A stretch of DNA of 64,000 bases from Lytechinus pictus (lineage: Eukaryota): the NCBI RefSeq assembly GCF_037042905.1, contig NC_087250.1, positions 5,830,001 to 5,894,000 of the forward strand, written 5' to 3'. Positions 13,930 through 27,300 of this stretch are shown here, piece by piece. How positions within the stretch are numbered: position 1 is the stretch's first letter; each line of letters opens with the position of its first letter. Position numbers and translations under genes: made by a program. A model generated the notes under the pieces. That model searched no databases, was not told the DNA's origin, and saw only the letters and a program-made list of their open reading frames with translations.

Positions 13930-15714
13930 TTCGGGAATACTATCCTTGTAAAGATCGCACCTCACGTAGGTTGCGTGAAACTCAGAGTTGCAATTAAATT
14001 TGATGAACCTCCAGTCAACCTTGTGAACTTGTGTTTATTATATAAATATATATATTTCAGGTGAATTTGACGCCCCCTAGGTCGAACAACATAATTTTGC
14101 GTACCTAGGTGAAACATCAATTTGCCCCCCCCGCCAAGTTTAAGGTCTGTTTGGTGCCCCCGTTACATGTTAGTTTGACGCCCCCAGTGGAATATCAATT
14201 TGGCGCCCCCCCCCCCCGTTGAATATCATTTCGGTGCCCACTAGGTAGAACATCAATTTGGCGCCCTGATGATCGAACATCACTTTGGCACCCCCTCCCA
14301 AGTTTAAGGTCAGTTGTCGCCCCCTCATTACAGCTCAATTTGGCACCCCTCTCTCTCTCTTCCTTTTTGTTCGCCTTTTTTCTCTCTTTCCCCTCTCCCC
14401 CCCTCCCTTTTTCACCCCCTTCCCTCTCCTTGTTTTTCTTCTCTCTATCCTCCCCCTTTTCACTCTTTTTCTCTCCAGCCTTTTTTTTTTCTTTCCTTCC
14501 CCTTATTGCCGCCTCCTTTTCGCCTACTACCCCGGGGGCCAGGGCCTCTAAAGCCCCCATCCCACCAGAATACGCGCATGATATACCACCGTCTTCATCA
14601 TATGCAGGGTGGATCGAGCCCCTGGATCGAGCCCCAACCCATACTACAAACTGACCTAGGACTGGTGGAAGAACAACTTTCCAGTATTTTGATATAGAAA
14701 CAGACCTTAATCCTATTGAGAAACGGAGGGCTATCCTTAAATTATTAAGTACTTCCGGTATAGTTAGATTCAATCACAATTCGAGTAGTGTTGTAAAACA
14801 GCAAAAATCCGGTGAATTTTCATCCAGTATAACAGCCGAGGTATCTTCAAGAGTACTGAGGTGAATAGGGCATAAATTGTCTGCATAAAATCTTTCCTCC
14901 ACTAAGTTCCAGCCTGCAACCTACAATCTCTTTTCTTGGGGGGGGGGGGGGCATAAATTCTGACACACCCTATATATACCCCCCTACACACAAGCACACA
15001 CTATCTAGTGGTATCGCTCAGCGCACTGAACTATACCACTACGTAGAGGCAGGGAAGTCTGGTAGAGGTATATTTCAGTGGTTCAGTGGCAGACACGGAC
15101 GACCACGTGCATTCACTACAGTGAGTTTGGCACAGGATTTGCTATAACGGAATTTCTGATTGGACGGTCACAAACACTTCACCCAAAGTCTGCGCATACG
15201 TATGCTATTCGCTAAATAACCATACGTATGGTATATACCATACGTATATGCTACAAGCTGACGTATGGTAAAAGCATACGCGTGCATAAAACCAAAATCG
15301 TGCTCGCTGATTGGTCCATTAGAGCACACGTACTCTTAACGGAGAACACGTACTCTTAACAAAGAACACGTACTCTTTTTTTAGCATACGTATGGTAGTT
15401 CACGTTTTTGGCACGTTCGGCCTTCCATAGGTCAGGATAAGGTGACGTCACTATAAAAATTAAGATTCAATGCCTTGTACGCGTTTAGTTTAATTTAGTT
15501 TAATGCTGACGCGGAGGGCTTACTGGCTAAAAGCGAATTGCCATTATCCTCCCCATTCATTTAACACGGGTTTTACCCTCCAAAATTCGAAAGTTATATT
15601 GTACATAGATTATGTACAATATAACTTTTTGAAGGGAGGTCACGTGGTACCAATTTAACAATTAAACATGTTAAAGTAGCCAATCACAGCTCGTATTTTA
15701 CTACCACTATTTAC

Positions 15715-15753
<39 letters not shown>

Positions 15754-16271
15754 AAAGTTATACGTGTACAACAGCTTTGGCAACTCTTTTATTTAAATAT
15801 TGTAAAGAAATGAATGAAGAGAACAATGGTAAGCGTAGCTTAAATCAAGGTTCCCAGAGCTATCTACCCTTTGGAAAAATTGGAGATGCCGAAAAAATGT
15901 ATCCACCGGGAATCGAACCCGGGCCCCCAGCTTTGAACGCCGGTGCCTTAAACACTAGACCACAGAGACGGGTTAGTGGCTAGGGCGACCCCGATCCGAT
16001 TGACCGTCACATAGACAGATTTTTCGGCACTATACCAATTATAATTTCCTTTGTCGGGTGAAGGTGGGTTTCGAACAATGACAAGCCGCCATGCTTTCAG
16101 CTGGATCAAAGCTATTGCTTTGATACAGTACACGTATGGGAGAAAGTATACAAATGTGTAAAGTAAAGCGGAGATATTTTTTCGGCATCACCAATTTTTC
16201 CAAAGGGTAGATAGCTCCGGGGAACCTTGATTTAAGCTACGCCTACCATTGTTCTCTTCATCCATTTCTTT

Positions 16272-16312
<41 letters not shown>

Positions 16313-18324
16313 ACAAATGAAGACTTAATAGAAACGCCGTGAGGAGACATAATCTTCCAAATTTTCGGTCACAGACCTTCTTCAGGGATGAATTTATTAA
16401 ATCCAAAACAGGTTGCATCATTCGGCAGTTTGATGATGATACCAACGCGCAATAAATACAATGCGCAACAACATAACGCGACAGGTGCATTGTTAGAAGA
16501 TATTGTGACGTAATGAGTAAGGTCCAGGCAACTATTATGACGTAGAGTAAAAACGGCAAAAGAGTCTATCGTTTCATCGGTAAGAAAGAAAAGTTCACTT
16601 GGTCTCAGGCATTGGGAAGGCGCGGAAAGACACATTCATTCCGTGGGGGGCGAGGGTCCCGAGACTGTAGATCAGCTTCTCTTCTTTGAGTTTGCGATCC
16701 GTCTCCCGGTCGCAAGAGATGGCAACGCATACCTGTAGATCGTTGATGAAATGTCCAGGTTGGTTGAGATGCGTTGCAACTGGAAGCCCTGGGGTCTGTT
16801 GCAGAAAGAGTTGCGTTTAAACGCAAGTCAAAAAATCAATCGCAAGTCCCAAATGCGCACTGTTGATTGGTTGATAATCAAGTTGCGCATGATTTTTAGA
16901 GTTGCGATTGATTGCAACTCTTTCTGCAACGGGACCCAGGTGTGTTAAGTCGGATCGAACGTAGGTTTTCTGTTACTCTGTCTGCCAGACGTCGTTTGGT
17001 CTCTCTAATATAAAGCTTAGAGCAGCAGTATCTCTAGCACCAGTGTGGACTTCCTGGACATCTCCATCTCTATCAAAGATTTAGGTCTTTCAACTGATGT
17101 CTTCTACAAACCTACTTCTTCTCACTCCTACTTGAAATATGACTCCTCCCATCCAGCGGCTTGTAAGAAGGCGATCCCCTACTCCCAGATGACCAGGCTA
17201 CGTAGAATTTGCAGCGATGATGCTTGTTTTGAACAACGGGCTGCCGAGATGGGTGATTTCTTCGTGAAGAGAGGCTACCCTCAGGAGCTCATTCAACACT
17301 CCATTCAAAGATCTAGTTTGATCTCGCAGGACGAAGCTTTGACTGGGAAGATAAACAACAACAAGAGTCGTCGAGTTTCACTAGTGATGACTTATCATCC
17401 CACGTCTGCACTCATTACAAGATCTATCAAAACAACGCCAAGCTGTTCCTGTCATCTCCTTCTTGCAAGGAGATCTTTGATGACAACCCCGTACTTCTGG
17501 CATATCGGAAAGACTGTTCTCTGCGTGACCATCTCGTTCGTTCCAAATTGCCACCTAATCAACCCGCAGATGCACCTGGCACATCTAAATGCGGCAGGCC
17601 GAGATGCAATATATGTCCCTACGTCATGAGGGGAGACGTCATCCAAGGACCCAGAAGAACTTGGCGCGTCAAGGCCTCCTTCAAGTGCACCACCAGAAAC
17701 GTCGTATTTGCTATACGATGCTCTCGCTGCTCTAAGCTTTATGTTGGAGAGACAAAACGACGTCTGGCAGACAGAGTAACAGAGCACCTACGTTCGATCC
17801 GACTTAACACACCTAGCCTTCCAGTTGCAACGCATTTCAACCAACCTGGACATTTCATCAACGATCTACAGGTATGCGTTGCCATCTCTTGCGACCGTGA
17901 GACGGATCGCAAACTCAAAGAAGAGAAGCTGATCTACAGTCTCGGGACCCTCGCCCCCCACGGAATGAATGTGTCTTTCCGCGCCTTCCCAATACCTGAG
18001 ACCAAGTGAACTTTTCTTTTTTACCGATGAATCGATAGACTCTTTTGCCGTTTTTACTCTACGTCATAATAGTTGCCTGGACTTTACTCATCACGTCACA
18101 ATATCTTCTAACAATGCACCTGTCGCGTTACGTTGTTGCGCATTGTATTTATTGCGCGTTGGTATCATCACCAAAATGCCAAATGATGCAACCTGTTTTG
18201 GATTTAATAAATTCATCCCTGAAGAAGGTCTATGACCGAAAATTTGGAAGATTATGTCTCCTCACGGCGTTTCTATTAAGTCTTCATTTGTTTCTACATT
18301 ATGACGCCGACGCAGAACTCTTTG

Positions 18325-18358
<34 letters not shown>

Positions 18359-21300
18359 TATATATATGACGATATTACATTCCGCGTGTTGGACATAGAT
18401 AATATTAATGAGGCAAAGTGGTAATGCATTGTACTTAGTTCCAACAGTTTATTTTGAATTCCAAATTTTCGACGTTAAACATACGTCTTCTTCAGGGATA
18501 CAATAAAGCTCACAGTGACAAGAACTGAAATATATATATATTACCAATCTATATTACCCAACACAGGGGGCATTACTAGTATGTCGCCCAACATTTTAAT
18601 TGTGTATGTAGGCAGCACCCCTGGAAATCAGTATGCTAAATAGAAGATATTTAACCACAATCACCTTCATTTTGGAACGAAACCCCCTTTTCTTTTTCTC
18701 TATTTTTTTCCAGTGAAATTTCTCCTGAACCAAAATCCCCTTCAGGCCTTCATGTAGCGATACCTTTTTTTTTGCTTGCCAAATTTAAAGAGAAATTCCA
18801 GTATTTGCAGTAAACACTGATTTCATGAGAAAGTCTGTAAAGCAAGGCTTAATTGTCAGTATATCATCGAGGATCTAGATCTGGTACAGTTACATAAACT
18901 GAACTTTGTGAAATCTTGAAATCTACGCTGAAAAATGTTCACACTGAAGATCACCAACACAGATAGGCACACGTGGGACAGTGTATTATTATTGCTAAAA
19001 TAAAGACCCGACGGAAGTGACCGAATCCGCGCTTATTTTGCTTATTTCTCAGCAATTACACAATTTCTTCCAGAATCCTTTGGCACATATTTTTTATTCA
19101 TACAAACAGACACTTAGGTGGTCATTATATTAGATTCTGTAAAAAGTCATTTTTAGATCGTTACCAAAACTGGAATTTATCTTTAAACCAGCACCCCCTG
19201 TTAAAGAAAAAATCGTCCCAGGGCCCTGATATTGATCCACCTCATAGTATTCAAACATATATAAATTTCCAAAATTAGATGATTTAAGAGATACTTGATA
19301 ATGATAATAATGATAATAATAACAATAATGATAATAATATTATTAGTTTCAATACCATACTTTATCCGTATTATTTATTTTGTAATTATCTGTGTTATTG
19401 TTTGAATATTTTTTGTGTCTTTATTACCTTGTGAATACATCGCAATTCGGCCTTAGCCGCGATGATGTCTTGATTTTTTAATAATAAACCATTTATTTAT
19501 CTATCTATCTATCTAATAATATAGGATTTGTATAGCGCACGTATCCATCTTGCTAGGTGCTCAAGGCGCTCCTATATTACCCCGATGATAACAAGAGTCT
19601 ATCCACCGGGCTATCCACCCCGGTATCCACCCGATCTCGTAAAACTTCTAATCTTAAGGCCACCGCACACGTTACGACTGTTCGCGATCCGATTTTGGAA
19701 CAAATCGCATTTTGCTAATATTTTCTGAAAAATTGAATGGAACATATCATTTTATTTGAGGTTAAAATTGATTGAAAGAATACTAAAGCCCCTTTCACAA
19801 TTGACGTACGACCTGTTTACGACCACCTGCAACAGTTTTTTCTTGTTGTTGCACGATCGAACCCTTGGTGTCTTGCGAGCACTCGCAGTCGTTGTAGACG
19901 ATCGCACAAACTCGAGGTGGTCGGAGGTGATCGTGACTGGTCGCATCTGAACTTTGAACATGTTCAAAATCCAAACGCGATCAAATACGATTGATTCACT
20001 CGCAACAGGTCGTACCATCGGTCGGGCGATCATCGTGTGAGTGTTGTTCAACGTTGTACGACTTGATGCGAGAGGTGGCACAACTAAGTATAGTCGCATT
20101 TAGTCGACTGGAGGTCGTACAACACTTGCACATGTGCTGGAGACCTACAGAGACCAGTCTTGCGACTGGGTGCGATAATATGAGACTGTTGCAAGACCGA
20201 TCGAAATTACGGCTTACTACATTCCACTACCGTTGCATTCGCATGTATGCGACCGTTCAGCCCCTTTCACAATTGACGTCCGACCAGTTTACGACCGCCT
20301 GCAACAGTTTTTTCTTGTTGTTGCACGATCGATCTCTTGGTGTCTTGCGAGCACTCGCAGTCGTTGTAGACGGTCGCACGAACTCGAGGTGGTCGTGACT
20401 GGTCACATCTGAACTTTGAACATGTTCAAAATCCGAACGCGATCAAACACGATCGATTCACTCGCATCAGGCCGTACCCGGGGTCATACCATCGGTCGGG
20501 CGATCATCGTGCGAGTGTTGTTCAACGTTGTACGACTTGGTGCGAGAGGTGGCACAACTAAGTAGTCGCATTTACTTGACTGGAGGTCGTGCAACACTTG
20601 CACATATGCAAGCGACCTACATGTACAGAGACCTGTCTTGCGACTGGTTGTGATAATAATATGGGCCATAAGACTGTTGCAAGACCGATCGCAACGGCTT
20701 ACAACATTGCACTACCGTTTCATTCGCATGTATGCGACCGTTCCACTCGCAATCCCTCGTGCAACACTCGCATGTGATCGCACGAGTACAATAAGAGCAT
20801 ATGCGACTTACTCGTGCAACGGGGTTTACTGGTTGTTTTTGTTGTACGACAGCTGTTGCAACTGTGAAAGCCTCTGTGCGATCTTATGAGATGACTAGCG
20901 ATTGATGCCTGTTGCAGCCTGTCGCACGACCAAAAGGTCGCAAATGGTCGTACGTCAATTGTGAAAGGGGCTTTATATAACCATTTTGAAAGATTACAAG
21001 CCATTATTTCAGAGTAAAGGCCAAATTTCAAATCGTAGGCAATCGTACGACTGCTATGACGTCATTACGACTAGATATTAAATTCGCTTTTATTCTAAGA
21101 AGGATGATAGCACAGTCACAGATTTGAACACAGGTATTCGTACGATGATTTAGAACATTACACAGTAAGATATTCCAAGTCTCAATAGCATCAAATTCTA
21201 CTACATTTTATTCTGAAATCGGGTCGTAGACCAATCGTAAGGTGTGCGGTCGCCTTTACTTCTACCGTGTTCATACAGAAACCGTGACGTCCTTTTAACC

Positions 21301-24300
21301 ATCAACAATCTAACCTCAGGTTTGACCAATTCGAATCCTCTGGCGATTCTGGAGTGTCTTACGGACATTGGACCCAACATATGCTTGGTAATATTTGATT
21401 TACCTTTTAACTTCTTGAATCCTTAATCCTCAATTTCATTATTAAAAGGGTTATTTTTTAAATAAAAAAAATACATACGATCAGGCGGATCAGCTACTCC
21501 AGGCATCCAGTACATAAAAAGTTGCTATGATAGCAACTCTTTCTGGAATGTCAACTACTACCATTACAGCAATGAATATTCTGCTGCCTGACTTGCTCTC
21601 CCAATGAAAGTTGACATTCCATCAAAAGAGTTGCTATCATAGCAAATTTTTGTGAAATCGGTCCCAGGTGATATAAAGTGCAATAGATTAGAATTTACCC
21701 AGAAAAATGAAACAAAAAATCGGGCAGTTCAATATTTTATGACACGCATGGCCGTACGCGTACTCAGCAAGAACTTACATTTTTTCTGATAACTTTCACA
21801 AAATTTATCAGTGTCCACTAAATCCTATATGACAAGCTCGTACGTCTCGCTTCCTTGCTTTGAAATTCTTCAACAATTTTCACGCGTCTAATCTGAAAAA
21901 AAATCTGATCTGATCTGAAAAAAAAATCTGAGTACGGCCATTAGATCACACGACACATGCCTGTATTTAGGGAATGTTTGAAGCTACTATGAAACCATGA
22001 AAACGGAATAGAAGCTAGAATTCCCGCCACATTGCATAGTTCTATGGAGAATTAAGCTTGGTACTTGCTAACCCAGGGAGCTCCCGTCCGCGCAGCGGGC
22101 GGGAGCCCAGGGGCTTACCGTGTATTTGACCATACTCACGGGACAAGGGTGATTTATGGTCTAAATATTTCTCCAAATGAATTGTGAAAACAGAAATTAT
22201 GCACTTACCACGATTATATTGATGAAGGTCTAACGAGTGGCAGTTTCCTGACATCTGGGCACATGAATCGTAACAAAATGGCCGATCGAGACTGTGGTAA
22301 AAGGAGAGAACTTTTCATTTTTTTTGAGGTTCCAGTTTGTGCCCAGATGTCAGGAAACTGCCACTCGTTAGACATTCATCCATATAATCGTGGTAAGTGC
22401 ATAATTTCTGTTTTCACAATTCATTTGGAGAAATATTTAGACCATAAATCACCCTTGTCCCGTGAGTATGGTCAAATACACGGTAAGCCCCTGGGCTCCC
22501 GCCCGCTGTGCGGGCGGGAGCTCCCTGGGTTAGGTACTTGCATGCAAATCGTTAGAGAAATACATTTTGAAGAAAAAAATTATGTTATTCCTTTATGGAT
22601 TTCTATCAATTATTTTTCTCTAATTCATTTTTGTTTTACTAAATCTAAAACCACTATGAGGACGGGGTGAAATTTCCTTGTTATTTTGACTACACTACCC
22701 CAATTATGTTCATACAGACCTTTAGAATTTGTTTTTTTATTTCGCTAATCCTCGTGTCAATGGAGTTACTTTCATTTCATTTTGACTACAAATCCTAATA
22801 TGTTCAGACAGACCTCTAGAATTTGTTTTTTATTTCGCTAATCCTCGTGTCAATTGAGTTACTTTCATTTCATTTTGACTACATATCCTAATATGTTCAT
22901 ACAGACCTTTAGACCTTTTTTTCTATTTGGCTAATCCTTGTCCCAATGGAGTTACTTTCATTTCATTTTGACTACATATCCTAATATGTTCAGACAGACC
23001 TCTTTTTATTATTTTTTTATTTCGCTAATCCTCGTGTCAATGAAGTTACTTTCATTTCATTTTGACTACATATCCTAATATGTTCAGACAGACCTTTTTT
23101 ATTATTATTTTTTATTTCGCTAATCCTCGTGTCAATGGAGTTACTTTCATTTCATTTTGACTACATATCCTAATATGTTCATACAGACCTTTTTTAATTA
23201 TGTTTTTATTTCGCTAATCCTCGTGTCAATGGAGTTACTTTCATTTCATTTTGACTACATATCCTAGTATGTTCATACATACCTTTTTTTAAATTATTTT
23301 TATATTTCGCTAATCCTCGTGTCAATGAAGTTACTTTCATTTCATTTTGACTACATATCCTAATATGTTCAGACAGACCTTTTTTATTATTATTTTTTAT
23401 TTCGCTAATCCTCGTGTCAATGGAGTTACTTTCATTTCATTTTGACTACATATCCTAATATGTTCATACAGACCTTTTTTAATTATGTTTTTATTTCGCT
23501 AATCCTCGTGTCAATGGAGTTACTTTCATTTCATTTTGACTACATATCCTAGTATGTTCATACATACCTTTTTTAAAATTATTTTTATATTTCGCTAATC
23601 CTCGTGTCAATGGAGTTACTTTATTTCATTTTGACTACATATCCTAATATGTTCAGACAGACCTCTTTTTATTATTTTTTTATTTCGCTAATCCTCGTGT
23701 CAATGAAGTTACTTTCATTTCATTTTGACTACATATCCTAATATGTTCAGACAGACCTTTTTATTATTTTTTTTTATTTCGCTAATCCTCGTGTCAATGG
23801 AGTTACTTTATTTCATTTTGACTACATATCCTAATATGTTCAGACAGACCTTTTTTATTATTTTTTTATTTCGCTAATCCTCGTGTCAATGGAGTTACTT
23901 TCATTTCATTTTGACTACATATCCTAATATGTTCATCAGACCTTAAGACCTTTTTTCTATTTGGCTAATCCTTGTCCCAATGGGGTTACTTTCATTTCAT
24001 TTTGACTACATATCCTAATATGTTCATACAGACCTTTTTTGATTATGTTTTTATTTCGCTAATCCTCGTGTCAATGGAGTTACTTTCATTTCATTTTGAC
24101 TACATATCCTAATATGTTCATCAGACCTTTAGACCTTTTTTTCTATTTGGCTAATCCTTGTCCCAATGGGGTTACTTTCATGTCATTTTGACTCTTCTGT
24201 TTTGTTTCCTTTTACTCTTATTTTCATGGTCAGGTGGTTGAGCGGAACGGAAATGAAACGTGGCTGTTTGCTTTTCATCTAGACGAAGAAGGTACAACAT

Positions 24301-27300
24301 GACGTTACCATCGATATCAAATAGCTGGATGGGGCTCGCTGCATACGCTGCCGCACGCACGACCACGAAGCCATACGAAAAGTACTCCACTACACAATTT
24401 ACAGTACATGGGGCCATACCATCGCATAAGAAACAAAACGGACACGCCAAAGAAAAAAAAGTGTGGAACTTTGTGCTCTCTTGATCTTTTTGAAGTTCCA
24501 TGATATTTGCTCCGGCGACTATTGCTCAGCTGTAAATTCCACACACTAATCGAATGATAAACTTGGTTTAACACTATACCCTACCCTAGAACTAACATAA
24601 AACCCCATTACAACCCTAATTCTAACCTACATCATAGGCGAAATTAGGCCCGGAGTAATTGTCGCAGGAGTAAATGGCGTGTTCCCATTTTGAGTACTTT
24701 TATTAGCATTAAAGGAGCACGGTCTCCGGCACTGTTGGACGGTTTGTACTCGCCGCCATCTCCATGATTACGAAAATCATCGACGTGATTTGGATGCAGA
24801 TGTCAATCATCAGACAGTCATGCAGCACGTGTAGACATTCACAGTACACAGTATACGCTTTGCTGCTTTTTGCTACATCGGCATTGGTCCAATGATCTGC
24901 TGACGTCACGTCACACAGTAGAAGGAGGCAGAACCAACCTGCAAGGATCTTCGAACAGTAGCCGAAGCAAGCGCGAACTGAGAATCGTCAGGGCTCGGGC
25001 ATTCGGAACATGGCATCTTAATTAAAGGTCAAGTCCACCCTAGAAAAATGTTGATATGAATTAATAGAGAAAAAATCAAACTAGCAAAACGCTGAAAATT
25101 TCATCAAAATCGGATGTAAAATAAGAAAGTTATGACACTTTAAAGTTTTACTTATTTTCACAAAACAGTGATATGCACAACTCAAATCAGACGAAAGAAA
25201 TAGTGAGTGGATGACGTCATCTGTCTCCCCATTTGCATACCGACCAGGATGTGTGTATAACTGTTATGTGAAATTAGGCAAAATTTTAAGATGTCATAGC
25301 TTTTTTATTTTACATCCGATTTTGACGAAATTTTCAGTGTTATGCTTGTTGGATTGTTCTCTTTCTATTCAAATCAATTTTTTGTTAGGGTGGACTTGTC
25401 CTTTAACCATGATAACGTTGGTGTCAATGGACAGCTGGTACCGTCCGCAGTGCGTACGTATGTCAAATAGCCCCATCTGAATCCGGGGACCGTGCACCTT
25501 TAAAAAGAGCGTGTTGTGGTCTATCCAGCTTTTTGATATCGATGCAATTCACTTCTTAATATTTTCATGAACTACAGGGTGCGTTGATAGAAAAAAGTTA
25601 CGTTTATGGAAAAGTTTTAAAAGAAAATATGAAGTATTATAATTTAGATGTGCTCTAGAGGTTTTCTCTATCAGAAAAAAAAATGATTTTCTTTATCCGT
25701 GCATGGCTGATCACTGAACATCCCCTTATATCCGAAATTATAAACCGACTTATTTCCAAGTAATAATTCTCTTTATTTTGCATGATGCCTATTATCATGT
25801 TTTTCAGCTTTTATGATCTCGTGTAAATGTAGTTTTGGTGGTATTTTTTATATTAATATATAATTATATATATATATATAGTGTGATGATAAGTTTACTT
25901 CTACCAATCGCTGTTGAGTTGTGAATATTAAACATAATGAGATGAGGCGAGGCCAACTCAACAGATGACGCAGGACACCATTATTTGTCCTGCGTCATCT
26001 GTTGAGTTGGCCTCGCCTCATCTTATTATATATATACAGTGCGTCCCACAAAAAACGAAACCGAGATTTATCGATGATTTATCATAATTTAATCACAAAT
26101 ACAATAGACAAGTGACCTATCATTGTAAAGCTTAGAATCTCCTCTTTCATCTAAAATTACTTAGATTATTTCTCATTCACGCATGAGTGATCAAAAACAA
26201 TCTGAAGAGGGGATACCAAAAAGTCATTTGGCGGGCTGTATCTTGGTTTAAAAAAGAAAACCACATTTCTAAAAAGTTCAATATCTGCTCTTCAATTTGA
26301 TACCTCAATTACAGAAAATGGTCAAGAAATAAGAAAGTTCTGGTTATTTGAAATAAGGGTTGAATTTCAATAATTTCATAAAATGAAGAGGTTTAACAGG
26401 CTAGCGTTCAAACTCACTCGACACTCCGTTTTGTTGACGATCAGCCATGCATCAAGTCTTTTGTTAACCATGCGATAGCTTCTGTGGGAAACCGGTGAAA
26501 ACACGTTTATTTAATGAAATTATGGAAATACAAGCATTGTTTCGAGGGAACGTTACTTTTTTACTTCTTGACCATTTTTGGTGATTAAGGTATCAAATTA
26601 AAGAGCAGATATTGAACTTTTTAGGCATGTGATTTCCTTTTAAAAATTCAGATACCCCCCGCCAAATTAGTTTTTGGTATCCTTTCTTCAAATTGTTTGT
26701 GCTCACTCATGCGTGAATGAGGAATAATCTAAGTAATATCAGATGAAAGATGAGATTCTAAGCTTTACATTGGTAGGTCATTTGTCTATTCTACTTGTGA
26801 TTAAGTTATTATAAATCATCGCTAAATCTCGGTTTCGTTTTTTTCTGGGACGCACTGTATATATATATATATATATATATATGTGTGAATCGTGTAAATG
26901 TATTTTTAGTGGTATTTTTGTATTATATATATATATTTATGGTCAAGTCTGGAGAAGGCCGTTACTGGATAGGTTTCTATCATGCTACGCCCAGATCACT
27001 AGATTACAAGGCCCCCATCTTTAACAAGTTTTTAATTTTGTTTCTAATTTTTAGCCCGTTGTTTAAACCGTATCTATCAACTATTGTTCAAAGTTTCAAA
27101 CAAGTTGTTTCAAAATGTTTAAACCATTTCAAAGAGTTTAATCAATTGTGGACAAAATTAATTAAACAACTTGATAGAGTGTTGGGCTTTACACAACGTG
27201 CTTAGAATTCTAAACGGCGTTTTGTAGGTGAACGTAATAAAGATGATTTGTTTTTATTTTAAATTTCCAGGCAATAGACCGATCGTCAAGGAGCTCTTCA

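Larger units (their letters stand above)
8203..15429. mobile_element. 7.2-kb non-autonomous TIR element with ~190-bp TIRs
   Basis: 8203-8392 is the near-exact reverse complement of about 15239-15429. 6-bp TSD ggtcag at 8197-8202 and 15430-15435. Confidence 0.9.
16308..18328 (+). mobile_element. 5'-truncated Penelope-like retroelement (Neptune-type) with inverted pseudo-LTR
   Basis: RT C-terminus (FLDISI..TDVFYKPT..YLKYDSSHP..AIPYSQMTRLRRICS) from 17045, a frameshift near 17430, then a Cys-rich linker and GIY-YIG (NVVFAIRCSRCSKLYVGETKRRLADRVTEH) to 18009. 16308-17026 is an inverted copy of about 17725-18295. Flanked by (TA)n. Confidence 0.95.
24309..25544. mobile_element. Probable TIR element hosting nested insertions
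   Basis: catcgatatcaaatagctggat / atccagctttttgatatcgatg. No clear TSD. Confidence 0.55.

Noticed and set aside
12967..14773. Low-complexity ORFs (FIYL repeats, K/E-rich, F/P/S-rich)
   Set aside because: They arise from (taaa)n, (ta)n and purine or pyrimidine tracts.
22685..24192. Repeat-spacer-like array resembling CRISPR
   Set aside because: The variable parts are only T-rich length variants, not unique spacers. There are no cas genes and the context is eukaryotic.
1835..24291. Calling the gene IL-16 or a generic PDZ scaffold
   Set aside because: There is only one PDZ domain, followed by ordered IL-1-type motifs. IL-16 has multiple PDZ domains and no trefoil.
24178..24574. ORFs of 74-107 aa on both strands
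   Set aside because: No recognisable motifs, and they run into a TIR element. The region is explained by exon C.
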